A DNA stretch of 64,000 nucleotides from Candidatus Hydrogenedentota bacterium (lineage in GTDB: Bacteria; Hydrogenedentota; Hydrogenedentia; Hydrogenedentales; SLHB01): the NCBI GenBank assembly GCA_963674865.2, contig CAXXYE010000009.1, positions 448,001 through 512,000 of the forward strand, written 5' to 3'. Under the pieces are notes generated by a model. That model ran no database searches. It saw only the letters and a list, made by a program, of their open reading frames with translations, and had not been told where the DNA came from. Shown one piece after another: positions 19,936 to 30,104 of the stretch (positions within the stretch are counted from its first letter, which is position 1; every line of letters begins with the position of its first letter). The position numbers and the translations under genes are program-made.

Positions 19936-20394
19936 TCAGGATTCCGGTGAAGCCCCGGCGACCTTCTCCTTGATGGCCGCCAGGATGGTCTGGGCCAGTT
20001 GGCTCTCCGTCGTCTCTCTGTCGTGCCATCCGGGGTAGGTCAACAGGGTGACGCCATACACCTGGCGGACCGTCTCGACAGTGATGCTGGTTTCCTCGTC
20101 GCCCGTGGGCTCCAGGTTGAGCGTATACTGGACGCGCTGCGGCACGAAGAGCCTGCGCCCGGAGCGGGAGAAGGCCACGAAGGCGCCTCGCTTATCGCGG
20201 GTATAGATGTCGACGTCCATCTCTCGGAGGACGGCCTTGGCAGCTTGCCAGGTATCGTCGAAGGAGGCGTCGACGGTTGCTTCGTCCACGAGGGCAAATC
20301 CCGTGGTGTCACGGGCGGCTCGCGCGCACCCCGCAAGAAGCAGGACGCACAGGACAACTAAAGTAGCGGAAGATAACCGTTTAAGGACGTTCAT
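19936..20394 (-). CDS. Lipoprotein of unknown function (DUF3568/BamC-like helix-grip possible)
   Basis: Lipobox LLAGC and the pattern ASFDDTWQAAKAVL. Confidence 0.7.
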   Translation of the reverse strand: MNVLKRLSSATLVVLCVLLLAGCARAARDTTGFALVDEATVDASFDDTWQAAKAVLREMDVDIYTRDKRGAFVAFSRSGRRLFVPQRVQYTLNLEPTGDEETSITVETVRQVYGVTLLTYPGWHDRETTESQLAQTILAAIKEKVAGASPES

Positions 20395-20508
20395 GGCATC
20401 GCCTATTCTGTGGGGACGTTGGCATTCTAGCATAGGGTTCTACCGCTTTCAAGCCGCTCCTAATCTTGAGCTGAACCGTGTCGCGGCATTGCCGCAACGC
20501 GGACAGGG

Positions 20509-21732
20509 CTATGAGATGAGCACGCTCGCGAAGGAGACGATGCCGCCTACGGGGTCCGGAGCGCGCTCGTAATAGAGTAACTCGGCCTGGGTGGCGCGGC
20601 CGTCGACGGCTTTCATGGCGCTGTAGATGGGCTTGTGTCCGCAGACTTGGCGGGCGTTGCCGTCGCGCATGACCGACTTGTAGAAGGCGTCGGGGTCGAG
20701 GGCAAGCACGTGCGCTAGGTCCTCGTCGTCGCGCGCGTGGACGGCGGTGAGTACCTCGTCGGTGATGTCGATGTCGTCGCCGAAACGCCTTCCCACGTGG
20801 GCCAAGTCGGCGCCCGCGATGACGGTGGCGCCGGTTTCGGCCACGATCTCGCGGCATGTGGCGAGGAACTCGGGGATGCCGGTGATGTTTTGCGGTTCGG
20901 CGACGGCCGCTTCGTCCCCGAAGGCGGCGCAGAGAATGGGCACTATGGACACGTCCGGGCCGTACAGATAGGCGAGCATGAGGGCCTGAAATTCGATAGA
21001 GTGCTCTGTGCGGTGGGCGAACTCGTCGCCGTAGGGGTCCCACGGGCAGGTGTCCGCGAGGCGGGCGACAAGCTCATGATCCGTTTGCAGTGTGCCGAAG
21101 GGAGTATCAAAGCTTTTCTTGGTAAGGATGAATGGCACATCGCCGGCCGCATGGGACACGCCGAAGATGATACAGGTCTTGGGCTTACCGCATTGGGCCA
21201 GGCGAGCATAGCCGTGGGCGTAGGTTCTTCCGCCGCGGGCCAGGTCGATGTGGGGCACCACGAGCCCCGCAGCCGGCGGCCCGCCGCCCGCATCGGGGCG
21301 GGGTCGCTCTCCGGGGCCTCCCTCCATGGTGAAATATCCATCAATTTGCGCCCGAAGTTCTTCAGGTTCTTCGGGATAGGCTGTTCCCGCCAGATGCGCG
21401 GGACGAGTGTCGGCGGCCCGGAATTCGGCTTCGACCTGTTCACGGATCGCCTCGAAACGCTCGGTGGCGAGGAAGCCGCGCTCGTCGAGGTACTCGACGA
21501 CTCTGGTGATGTCTTCGTCGGGGATGGTTTGGCCGGGGAACTGGTTGATGAGGTGGTATTGGATGTCGGCCACATCGTTGCCGCCGTCGAGGAGGGTGGC
21601 GATGAAGAAGGCGGCGGGCGTCAGCAGGGTCGCCTGTTCAATGTATCCCTGGGGGTCTTGGAGGCAGACGTAGCGCTGGCCCTCGTGTTCGACGGGTGAT
21701 ATGTCCAGTGGGCGAAGTGCGGGTAACGGCAT
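20509..21732 (-). CDS. AmmeMemoRadiSam system protein B (MEMO1 family) with N-terminal extension
   Basis: RPAHLAGTAYP, VVPHID, GVSH, EHSIEFQ, ADLAHVG, VCG, GGIVSFAS. Confidence 0.88.
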   Translation of the reverse strand: MPLPALRPLDISPVEHEGQRYVCLQDPQGYIEQATLLTPAAFFIATLLDGGNDVADIQYHLINQFPGQTIPDEDITRVVEYLDERGFLATERFEAIREQVEAEFRAADTRPAHLAGTAYPEEPEELRAQIDGYFTMEGGPGERPRPDAGGGPPAAGLVVPHIDLARGGRTYAHGYARLAQCGKPKTCIIFGVSHAAGDVPFILTKKSFDTPFGTLQTDHELVARLADTCPWDPYGDEFAHRTEHSIEFQALMLAYLYGPDVSIVPILCAAFGDEAAVAEPQNITGIPEFLATCREIVAETGATVIAGADLAHVGRRFGDDIDITDEVLTAVHARDDEDLAHVLALDPDAFYKSVMRDGNARQVCGHKPIYSAMKAVDGRATQAELLYYERAPDPVGGIVSFASVLIS

Positions 21733-21905
21733 AGTGGGCACGACTATAGCGGGAAGCCATGCGGGATGCAATTTCCGGCCGGGAGCGCGCTCGAACCTTG
21801 GATGAGCGTTGAATAATCGTGCCCGGCATGCGTCTCATTTCTTGGCGTCGGGGCATGTGTGCCGGATGCCTCGCTGCGGTACTGAAGAATACGGAGGTTG
21901 GCGTT

Positions 21906-22268
21906 ATGGGACGCATCAAGAGGTTGGTAATGCTGCTGGTGATTGCCGGCGTTGCCTTGGCAGGGCCGGGGTGTGCCACCACGAAGGCCCCGGAGGGCGC
22001 TATGCTGGGCGGTGTGATAGGGGCGGCAACCGGCGCCGTAGTGGGCCATCAGACGGGGCATGCCGGCGAGGGAGCGGCGGTGGGCGCAGCGGTGGGCGGC
22101 TTGTCCGGCGGGATCATCGGCAGCCAACTTGAGCGCCCCGCGTCGCCGAATGAGCTCCAAGGGGCGGCGCCTGTCGCCGCTCCCGTTACAGGGCACTATG
22201 AGACGCGGCTTGTACGAAGCGCGACGGGCGAATATTATGAGGAGCGGGTATGGGTACCGGATTACTAG
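21906..22268 (+). CDS. Glycine-zipper lipoprotein
   Basis: Lipobox GPGC, then GAMLGGVIGAATGAVVG...GAAVGAAVGGLSGGIIG. GGAGG RBS. Confidence 0.8.
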   Translation: MGRIKRLVMLLVIAGVALAGPGCATTKAPEGAMLGGVIGAATGAVVGHQTGHAGEGAAVGAAVGGLSGGIIGSQLERPASPNELQGAAPVAAPVTGHYETRLVRSATGEYYEERVWVPDY

Positions 22269-22308
22269 CCACGCTCTGCTGCAGGGCGTTACGCGCGGCA
22301 CGGACAGG

Positions 22309-22629
22309 ATGACCTTACAGACAAAATGGCGTATCTATGGCGGCATTGCCATCACCTGCTGCGGCTTCATGGCGTGGTACGGTACAACGCCGGAGATGCT
22401 TCGCCAATCGCCCATTGAGTTGATCCTATACTGGGCGCTGTTCCTGATTTTGTTCGCGGGCGCGGTTTTCATCGCTTTTCTTGATTTGCGTTATGTGCGC
22501 CTACAGCACGCGTTGGAAAAACGCGCGGCGTTTCTCAATACGCTCGGCGACCCGTCTTTTCGCAAGGCCCTTCGAGCGGGTCGGGAAGAGCCATTGCAGC
22601 AGGACGGGGAGGGCGAAGAGCCGGAGTGA
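22309..22629 (+). CDS. Small two-TM membrane protein
   Basis: Two hydrophobic segments and a charged tail. Follows the glycine-zipper gene on the same strand. Confidence 0.6.
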   Translation: MTLQTKWRIYGGIAITCCGFMAWYGTTPEMLRQSPIELILYWALFLILFAGAVFIAFLDLRYVRLQHALEKRAAFLNTLGDPSFRKALRAGREEPLQQDGEGEEPE

Positions 22630-22687
22630 CAAGGCCGCTTGAAGGCGCCGTGTGGGCGGCGCCGCGGTGGCCGGGCTGCTCATTGTA

Positions 22688-22722
22688 CCGCGCGTCAAGT
22701 CATTAGAAGCAAAGGCATTGGG
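22688..22722 (+). repeat. Dispersed ~35-bp intergenic motif (copy B)
   Basis: 30/35 identical to the reverse complement of 61501-61535. The core CGTCAAGTCATT also occurs at 16207. Confidence 0.6.
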
Positions 22723-22946
22723 AAGATAGCGGCTCAACCTAATGGGTGAGTCTGCTTCAAGAGGTGAAGTCGGCTAGAAGCGCCGATTGCGCGGCGCCAT
22801 AGAGTCGGCCGAACGCGTGTTAAGCAACGGTTAGAATTGAACTTCGAGCGGATGGCCACTAGAATCGCGTTTATCCTGCGGCGGCGATCGGGCGGCTTGC
22901 CTCGACTCGTTTCCGGCGCACTTGGTAGCATTGGAAAGACGGCGCC

Positions 22947-24320
22947 ATGCCAGCCATTTCACCGTTTATAGAGAAGACCTTCTCCTGTCCCGTGTGCGAT
23001 GCGCGCGGCAAGCATCGTCTGTTGCGGGAGCGGATCTTCGTCGCGGAGGACCGCGAGTCGGATCAGCACATCACGCAGTATCGCTGGCTCCGGGAGGTGA
23101 CGCAGCAGGCGCATCCGCCGTATTTCTTCTTGCTCTATTGCCCGGAGTGTCTCTATGCGGACACGGCCGAGGACTTCGCCGCGCCGAACAAGAACACGTT
23201 TCTGCCTTTGTTGACGCGTGCGTTGCGGAACGCGGGCGAGAAGGAGCTACTCGTCATCCAGCTTCTCGGCGCTCAGGTGAAGGGCCGGCGCGCCGATTTC
23301 GAGACAAACCTCGCCTTACACCTGCTCGCCGTCTATCAACACAGCCTTCCCAAGAAAGATTTTCAGGACGCCTACAAAATCGGGCGCTTGCTGTTGCGAA
23401 CGGCCTGGCTCTATAGAGAACAGGGGGCGAGCGGGGCGCAGGAGCTTCACGTTGCCTTGCGGGAGGACGCGGCGCGGCCGGAGCGCGCGATCGCGACGCT
23501 GCTCGAGCAGGTGGATGTTCTCAAGACGGCCCTGGATCAATTGGCGGAAAAATGGGACGCGTTCGGCGCCCATCTCAAAGTTTGCCAGGATGAGAAGGAG
23601 AACACGGGCGGCGGGTCGGTGGAGGACGTTTTCGCGGAACGCCAGAAGAATATTGAACCTCTACTGAGTTCGATGGGCGATGAGATATCCCGGTTGCGAA
23701 TCGCGTGTAAACAGGAACTCGCCGCGGCCGTCAAGCCGGAGCTAGCGAAGGCGGAACGCCCGGCTCGCTCTGAGAGTGATTTGCAGGCTTTCTTCGAGAA
23801 GGTGCAGGCCTTGTGGCCGTCGGTGCCGACGGACGAAGGAGAGGCCATGCGCATGGCGATCCCGTTCTTCCAGCGGACGCTGTCGAGCGATCCCCGCATC
23901 GACAGCGCCCAGGCACAGTTCTCCCTGGTGTCGCTGATCACGGATCTGCTGATTCGGTGTGACGACTTGGACAAGGCGTTCGTGATGGTACGGGAGATGT
24001 ACAAGAGCGCGGCGACGGCGCGTCAGTCTTGCCTCGAAAAACTGCGCGATCCCAATCTTGACGCCGCCGCGCGGCGGCGGTTCGAGGCCCGCGGCAATCG
24101 GGCGGGGGAATCGCTCGAGCAGGCGTCCGAACTCCGGTATCAGCTTATCGATTTGCTCATCGAGCGCAATAGGCCGACGATCGACAAGGTGCTGGCGGAG
24201 CATCGCGGCGCCGCGAGGGAGGTCCTGGAGAAGGCGCTGCTTGAACGGGGTGTCCCGCCGGGTATTCTGCCGCGGTTGTTGGAAGAAGGCGGGTCTCTAA
24301 GCAAGGGCAAGAAGCGTTGA
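22947..24320 (+). CDS. DUF2225-family zinc-finger/TPR-like protein with coiled-coil insertion
   Basis: CPVC...ESDQ...YFFLLYCPECLYA...F and LLRTAWLYRE, with a long helical insert. Confidence 0.65.
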   Translation: MPAISPFIEKTFSCPVCDARGKHRLLRERIFVAEDRESDQHITQYRWLREVTQQAHPPYFFLLYCPECLYADTAEDFAAPNKNTFLPLLTRALRNAGEKELLVIQLLGAQVKGRRADFETNLALHLLAVYQHSLPKKDFQDAYKIGRLLLRTAWLYREQGASGAQELHVALREDAARPERAIATLLEQVDVLKTALDQLAEKWDAFGAHLKVCQDEKENTGGGSVEDVFAERQKNIEPLLSSMGDEISRLRIACKQELAAAVKPELAKAERPARSESDLQAFFEKVQALWPSVPTDEGEAMRMAIPFFQRTLSSDPRIDSAQAQFSLVSLITDLLIRCDDLDKAFVMVREMYKSAATARQSCLEKLRDPNLDAAARRRFEARGNRAGESLEQASELRYQLIDLLIERNRPTIDKVLAEHRGAAREVLEKALLERGVPPGILPRLLEEGGSLSKGKKR

Positions 24321-24398
24321 GGGGCCGCGCCCAGAGAAGCGCGCGGCCTTTTGGCGCTCTGGGCAGGCATATGAAATGGGAAAGGAAGTACTGAGAAC

Positions 24399-25085
24399 GT
24401 GACGCTTATCCTATTTGACATCGATGGTACTCTTACGGCAACGGGAGATGCGGATCTGCAGTGCTACGCGTCCGCTTTTCAGAAGGTTTTTGGGGCGCCT
24501 TTGCCTCATGCGGACTGGAATGCGTACAAGCATGTGACGGACTCGGGCGTCATCGGCGAGGCCCTGGAGCAGATCCGGGGGAGTTTTGTTACCGAGGAAG
24601 AGCTGACTGGTTTTGAGGAGGTGTTCCTGGCGGAGGTGGAGGCGGCCTATGCGGCCGATCCGTCGGCCTTTGTGGAGGTTCCCGGCGCCAAGGCGGTTCT
24701 CGATGTAATCGAGCAAACGGACGGGCTTGCCGCAGGGCTGGCCACGGGAGGCATGCGGGCGACGGCGCTTTTCAAGTTGGCCAAGATCGGCGTGGATGGA
24801 ACACGCTTGCCCGCGGGATTCGCCAATGATTCCATCTACCGTGAGGAGATCGCCCGGCGCGCCATCGCACTTGCGGACGGCGTCCCAGGCGACGTGGTCT
24901 ACGTGGGCGACGGCACATGGGACGTCCGAACCGCCCGGGCCGTCGGCATGCGGTTTATCGGGATCACGGAGGAATCCTGTCCGGAGCGGCTTCGTAAGGC
25001 AGGCGCCTCCGTGTGTCTGAAGGATTACTCCGATCCGGCGGCGTTTTTTGAGGCGGTCAGCGCGGCCGAGATTCCCGCGGCGTAG
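24399..25085 (+). CDS. HAD-superfamily hydrolase
   Basis: Motif I FDIDGTL, ATG motif II, YVGDGTWD motif IV. Confidence 0.88.
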   Translation: MTLILFDIDGTLTATGDADLQCYASAFQKVFGAPLPHADWNAYKHVTDSGVIGEALEQIRGSFVTEEELTGFEEVFLAEVEAAYAADPSAFVEVPGAKAVLDVIEQTDGLAAGLATGGMRATALFKLAKIGVDGTRLPAGFANDSIYREEIARRAIALADGVPGDVVYVGDGTWDVRTARAVGMRFIGITEESCPERLRKAGASVCLKDYSDPAAFFEAVSAAEIPAA

Positions 25086-25230
25086 TCCGATGGCCGGGTT
25101 GCCGACTACAGCGCGTAGTGGCTTGTGGGCGTCTTTGAGGGCAATCTGGTACACTGTAAGTAGTGAGTAAACCTTGCCGGAAGTGCATGGTTTGAATCGC
25201 AGCGAGTTAACGCAGGAGCCTAAGGGCAAG

Positions 25231-26175
25231 ATGTGCACAAAACGACGTGCTCAAAGTGGGTTGACGCTGATCGAGGTGCTTGTCGTCATTGCGATCATCG
25301 GAATTTTGGCGGCTCTGCTGCTCCCGACGCTGGGGCGGGTGCGAGAAGCGGCGAATCGGGCGACATGCGCCAGCAACCTGAAGCAGATAGGTATCGCCTT
25401 CAAGATGTATGCGGGCGAAAACCACGGGAAGTTTCCTCAGCGGCAGGTGTGGAATGTCCACCGAAAGCTCTCGGATACGATGATCTTCCACGGGCCGGCC
25501 ATGTCCCCGGGCTATCTCGACGACCTCAGGGTGGTATGGTGCCCGTCGTGGGTGGGGAGCACCATGCCGACGCCGCTGGCGCGGTATGACGAGGGTGTCC
25601 GCGCTAACGGTACGCCCGTCGGCAACTTCAACGGGCGGATCGATCCAGAGGAGTTGCTCAAGTCGCCCTATAACTACACGGGTTGGTTGTTTCTGAAGAC
25701 GGAGAACTTTCTCGGCCCGAAGAGCGGAACGCTCGGCTCGGGCCCCGGCGGGCGCTTCGAGGAGACCGACTACAAAGACACGCCGCTCGGAGAGCTGGCC
25801 GAGGCCAATGTGGCTAGCGGGGGCGCCGCCTCGGACTGGGATTTCAGGGTTTCGAGTAAGTTTTCCGGCACTCAGGCGGGTGGCGGCGACATCATCTACC
25901 GGCTGCGGGAAGGCGTGGGGCGGTTTTTGGTCACGGATGTGAATAATCCCGCCTCCCGCGAGGGAGCTGAAACGATGATTCCCGTCATGTGGGATCATCT
26001 GACGCCACAAGTCATCGGCTCGTGCCACGTTCCCGCGGGCATGAACGTGCTTTACCTCGACGGGCACGTCCAATGGAGCAGCTATCCGTCCGACAAGCCG
26101 TGGGTGGCTACCGTCGAAGGCCCGCGTGTGATGGGACGCTACGATCGGCCGTTCAACGGTTATCCGAAGAGCTGA
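25231..26175 (+). CDS. Prepilin-type N-terminal cleavage/methylation protein with DUF1559 and H-X9-DG C-terminal motif
   Basis: G^[40 protein letters not shown]-terminal [15 protein letters not shown]. Confidence 0.9.
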   Translation: MCTKRRAQSGLTLIEVLVVIAIIGILAALLLPTLGRVREAANRATCASNLKQIGIAFKMYAGENHGKFPQRQVWNVHRKLSDTMIFHGPAMSPGYLDDLRVVWCPSWVGSTMPTPLARYDEGVRANGTPVGNFNGRIDPEELLKSPYNYTGWLFLKTENFLGPKSGTLGSGPGGRFEETDYKDTPLGELAEANVASGGAASDWDFRVSSKFSGTQAGGGDIIYRLREGVGRFLVTDVNNPASREGAETMIPVMWDHLTPQVIGSCHVPAGMNVLYLDGHVQWSSYPSDKPWVATVEGPRVMGRYDRPFNGYPKS

Positions 26176-26266
26176 ACGGGCCTTCCTGAGGGAAGGCTGG
26201 ATGTAAAGGTGTGCGTTTTTTGCCGCGCCGGGTTCCTTCTTTGCGCGGCGCTAAGGGGAATACGGT

Positions 26267-29212
26267 ATGTCCGGGGTGATCTATTCTCTTGATGGGGGAG
26301 GTTGGCGTATCGCGGCGGATCCGGCCAACGGGGGGCGGGAGCAGGCCTGGTGGCACGAGCCTGTTGCGAACTCCGTTCCCGTTCGGGTCCCGGGCATCAT
26401 CCAGGAGTCGCTGCCAGGGTATCACGGAGTGGCATGGTACTGGCGGGACTTCGATGTCGCTCCGCATCCCTATCCGGATGGGCGATACCTCCTGCGGTTC
26501 TGGGCCGTGGACTACGCGGCTGATGTCTGGGTCAACGGGGTCCACGTGGGCGCGCACGAGGGCGGCGAAACGCCGTTCGTTCTCGACGCGACGCAAGCCG
26601 TCCGGCCCGGAGAGGCCAACCGCATGTCCATCCGTGTGCTGAATCCCACGGAAGAATCCATCGACGGTTTTGTTCTCAAGGAAATCCCGCACCGCAACAA
26701 GACGGCCGTGCTCAAGGCCGGCAGCACGTACAACTTCGGCGGGATCATCGAGCCGGTTGAGATGGTGCTGGCCCCGCCGGTGCGCATCGAGGACATCTTC
26801 GTCCGCGCGGATTGGCAAACCGGCCGGGTCAACGTCCAGGTGGCGGTGGACAACCACTGCGCACAAAGCAGGCGAGGTAGCCTGACGTTTGCCATTGGGC
26901 CTGACAACCGCGCGGAATGCGTAGCGGCCAGCGAAACCGAGCGTGCGTTTCCGAGCGGCGTCACACGTCTTGAGGCCGCTCTCCAGGTAGACAACCACCG
27001 TCTGTGGGAGCTTGACGATCCCTTCTTGTATCGCCTGACAGTGTGCCTACAGTCCGATGACGGGGCGTTTGACGATGCGGGATCCGCGCGGTTCGGCTTC
27101 CGTGACTTCCGGGTCGAACGGGGCTACTTCCGCCTCAATGGGCGGCGTGTCTTTCTTCGGAGTTCCCACACCGGCAATCACTGTCCCGTGGGCCAGGTGC
27201 TTGCCCCGTCCGAGGCGCCCGATCTGCTGCGCAAGGACTTGCTCTATGCCAAGGCCAGCGGATTCAACATGATCCGGTTCATCGCGGGCATGGCCCATCC
27301 CTGGCAGCTCGACCTTTGCGATGAACTCGGCCTGATGGTTTACGAAGAGACGCTCGCCGGGTGGGAACTCGGCGACTCGCCCAAGATGGTGGAGCGTTAC
27401 GATCACTCGACCGCCGGGATGATCCTACGCGATAGGAATCATCCTTGCGTCACCATTTGGGGGCTGTTGAATGAAACGAAGGAGGGGCCGGTCTTCCGGC
27501 ACGCCGTTGAGGCCCTTTCATTGGTTCGTTCTTTGGATGATACGCGCCTGACGCTTCTTGGCAGCGGCCGTTGGGACGGGCAACTCTCCATCGGCAGCGT
27601 CAGCAATCCCGGCAGTGCCGTCTGGGAACATACATGGGGAGAAGAGGACCCCGATCACCCGGGTGTGCAGGCGCCGCAGAGCCTTCCTTTCGGCGGATAC
27701 ACGCCGGGCGCCGGCGACGTGCATGCCTATCCACAGGTGCCGCAGACGCGGGCCATCGAGGACGGCATCCGCACCTTGGGCCGCGGCACGAAACCGGTGT
27801 TTCTCTCCGAATATGGCATCGGCAGCTTGTGCGACGTTATCAGAGAGCTGGGGGGATATGAGCAGCGGGGGATAAACCCCGCGTTGGATGACGTAGCCTA
27901 CTTCCGCTTGAACGCGGACAAGTTCCGCGCCGACTGGGAGCGGTTCTGCATGGACGGCGTCTATCCGTTTCCGGAGGACATGCTCCGAGAGAGCCAGCGT
28001 TTGCACTGTAGGCAGCGTCTGCTTGGCTTCGATCTCATCCGCTCCAATCCGATGATCTGCGGCTTCAACCTCACGGGCCTGCTGGATCACGGGTTCTCCG
28101 GCGAGGGGCTTTGGACTTTCTGGCGCGAATGGAAGCCGGGGATTGTCGACGCTCTCAAGGATGGTTGGGCGCCCCTGCGTTGGTGCCTCTTCGTGAGGCC
28201 GTTGCACGGCTACATCGGTGAGCGCTTTCGTCTAGAAGCGGTTCTCGCCAATGAAGACGTGCTCGCGCCCGGGGAGTATCCCGTCGTGCTGCGCATCGTG
28301 GGAGCTGCCGGCGTGGCATGGGAACACGAGGGGTGCGTACAAGTGCCCCGGCCAGATAGCGGGGAAGACGTGCCGTTCGCGTTGCCGATATTCGACGGTG
28401 AAGTGGTCGTGGATGGCCCGCCGGGGCCGTACCAGTTCGCCGCGCAGATGGCTCGCGGCGGCGTACCGGCCGGCGGCCGCCTCCAATTCCACCTGTCCGA
28501 TCCGTCGGCGTTACCGACGTTGAATCAGGCCGTCAAGGTGTGGGGCATTGGCCAAGTTGTCCAGGATTGGCTCGCGCGCCATGGGGTCGATTGCGCGCCT
28601 TTCGAGAAGGCGGCCTTGGCCAAGCGCGAGGTGGTGCTGGTAGGCGATCTGTCCGAGCTTCCGCAGGATCCCGCGGCGCGACTGGAATTGGTGGAGCATG
28701 TGGCGCGTGGCGGCGTGGCTGTCTTCCTGTCTCCCGGCGCCTTCAAGCGCGGGGAAGATGACGCTCTGGGCTGGCTGCCGGTGGCGAACAAGGGGAGCGG
28801 AAAGGAGTTCTCCGACTGGCTCTACCACAAGGAGTGCGTGGCGAAGCCGCATCCCATCTTCGAGGGTCTTCCGGTACGGATCATGGACTGGGACTACTAC
28901 GGCCCCGTCATCTCGCGTTACTTCTTTGAGGGACAGGATACGCCCGACGAAACGGTTGTTGCCGCATTTGCCGTGGGACATCCCAATGCGCCGGGCGGTT
29001 GCACGTCCGGGGTTCTGATGGGGATCTACCGTTTGGGTGAAGGACAGTTCGTGATCAACAGCCTGAAGGTGCTTGAGCATGTCGGGCGCCACCCCGCGGC
29101 CGATCGGCTACTGCTCAACCTCATTCGTCATGCGGCCCGGGTTGCAGGCGGGCCGCTCGCCGGCCTACCTCCCGATTTCGATCAGCATCTTGCCGCCATC
29201 GAATACCGATGA
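26267..29212 (+). CDS. Glycoside hydrolase family 2
   Basis: Sugar-binding N-domain (AVDYAADVWVNG..HEGG.TPF), FGFR, RDRNHPCVTIWGLLNE (acid/base), FLSEYG (nucleophile). Confidence 0.87.
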   Translation: MSGVIYSLDGGGWRIAADPANGGREQAWWHEPVANSVPVRVPGIIQESLPGYHGVAWYWRDFDVAPHPYPDGRYLLRFWAVDYAADVWVNGVHVGAHEGGETPFVLDATQAVRPGEANRMSIRVLNPTEESIDGFVLKEIPHRNKTAVLKAGSTYNFGGIIEPVEMVLAPPVRIEDIFVRADWQTGRVNVQVAVDNHCAQSRRGSLTFAIGPDNRAECVAASETERAFPSGVTRLEAALQVDNHRLWELDDPFLYRLTVCLQSDDGAFDDAGSARFGFRDFRVERGYFRLNGRRVFLRSSHTGNHCPVGQVLAPSEAPDLLRKDLLYAKASGFNMIRFIAGMAHPWQLDLCDELGLMVYEETLAGWELGDSPKMVERYDHSTAGMILRDRNHPCVTIWGLLNETKEGPVFRHAVEALSLVRSLDDTRLTLLGSGRWDGQLSIGSVSNPGSAVWEHTWGEEDPDHPGVQAPQSLPFGGYTPGAGDVHAYPQVPQTRAIEDGIRTLGRGTKPVFLSEYGIGSLCDVIRELGGYEQRGINPALDDVAYFRLNADKFRADWERFCMDGVYPFPEDMLRESQRLHCRQRLLGFDLIRSNPMICGFNLTGLLDHGFSGEGLWTFWREWKPGIVDALKDGWAPLRWCLFVRPLHGYIGERFRLEAVLANEDVLAPGEYPVVLRIVGAAGVAWEHEGCVQVPRPDSGEDVPFALPIFDGEVVVDGPPGPYQFAAQMARGGVPAGGRLQFHLSDPSALPTLNQAVKVWGIGQVVQDWLARHGVDCAPFEKAALAKREVVLVGDLSELPQDPAARLELVEHVARGGVAVFLSPGAFKRGEDDALGWLPVANKGSGKEFSDWLYHKECVAKPHPIFEGLPVRIMDWDYYGPVISRYFFEGQDTPDETVVAAFAVGHPNAPGGCTSGVLMGIYRLGEGQFVINSLKVLEHVGRHPAADRLLLNLIRHAARVAGGPLAGLPPDFDQHLAAIEYR

Positions 29213-29435
29213 GGCCCACTAGCTACGGGCCTCGCAGGGCCGAGTAGATCACATCGGGTTGTTTGCGGCCCGCTCTTCTTACCTATTGTCCAGCGGGAAC
29301 GGATTTGGTGGCAGCAAGGCCGTCGAGGGGGCATGAGACACTGTGGCGGATTGGCTAACGACAGGTTTGTGAGATGAAGCGCCCGATCCGCGCAACTTGC
29401 GTGCAGTTTCGCTATGCGGCTGTGAGAGAAGCGGG

Positions 29436-30104
29436 CTATTCCAGCCGAAGATTCCCGGATTCGAGGCGGAATTCCACGTTGGGCCGGATAATCTCGACGG
29501 GATGATGGGTGACAATGAGAACCGTCGCGCCTTGTTGGTGGCGGTTGTCCAAAGCCTGAAGCACGCACGCGGCGCTCTCGGGGTCGAGATTGCCCGTGGG
29601 CTCATCGGCCAGAATGACCTCGGGATTGTTCAGTAGTGCGCGGGCGAGGGCGCAGCGCTGGCGCTCGCCGACGGAAAGCTCCGGGGGGTAATGGCCCAGT
29701 CTGCGCGCCAGTCCGAGGGAATCGAGGAGGGCCTGCGCCGTCTCGCGGGGAGCGTCTCCGGCGGCGCGCCGGTCGGCAAGCGTGGGCAGCAGCACATTCT
29801 CAAGGGCCGTCAGGTACGGCACCAGGTGAAACATCTGGAAGACTACCGCCACCTTGCCGGCGCGGAGGGCTGCCCGGCGTCCCGGTGATAAGTCGTCGAT
29901 GCGCTGTCCGGCGATGGTGACGACGCCTTCGCTGGGCCGTGACAGGCCGGAGGCGACGTTTACCAGCGTGGTCTTTCCGCTGCCCGAGGGCCCTCGGACG
30001 AGAGCCATGGCTCCCGCGGGGACTTCCATGTTCACGTTATCCAGGGCGCGGATGGTTTCATCGCGCTTTCGAAACAGTTTGCTGACGTTCTCCAAACGGA
30101 TCAT
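29436..30104 (-). CDS. ABC transporter ATP-binding protein (LolD/MacB type)
   Basis: Walker A GPSGSGKT, signature LSVGERQR, ILADEPTGNLD, VTH. Confidence 0.93.
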   Translation of the reverse strand: MIRLENVSKLFRKRDETIRALDNVNMEVPAGAMALVRGPSGSGKTTLVNVASGLSRPSEGVVTIAGQRIDDLSPGRRAALRAGKVAVVFQMFHLVPYLTALENVLLPTLADRRAAGDAPRETAQALLDSLGLARRLGHYPPELSVGERQRCALARALLNNPEVILADEPTGNLDPESAACVLQALDNRHQQGATVLIVTHHPVEIIRPNVEFRLESGNLRLE

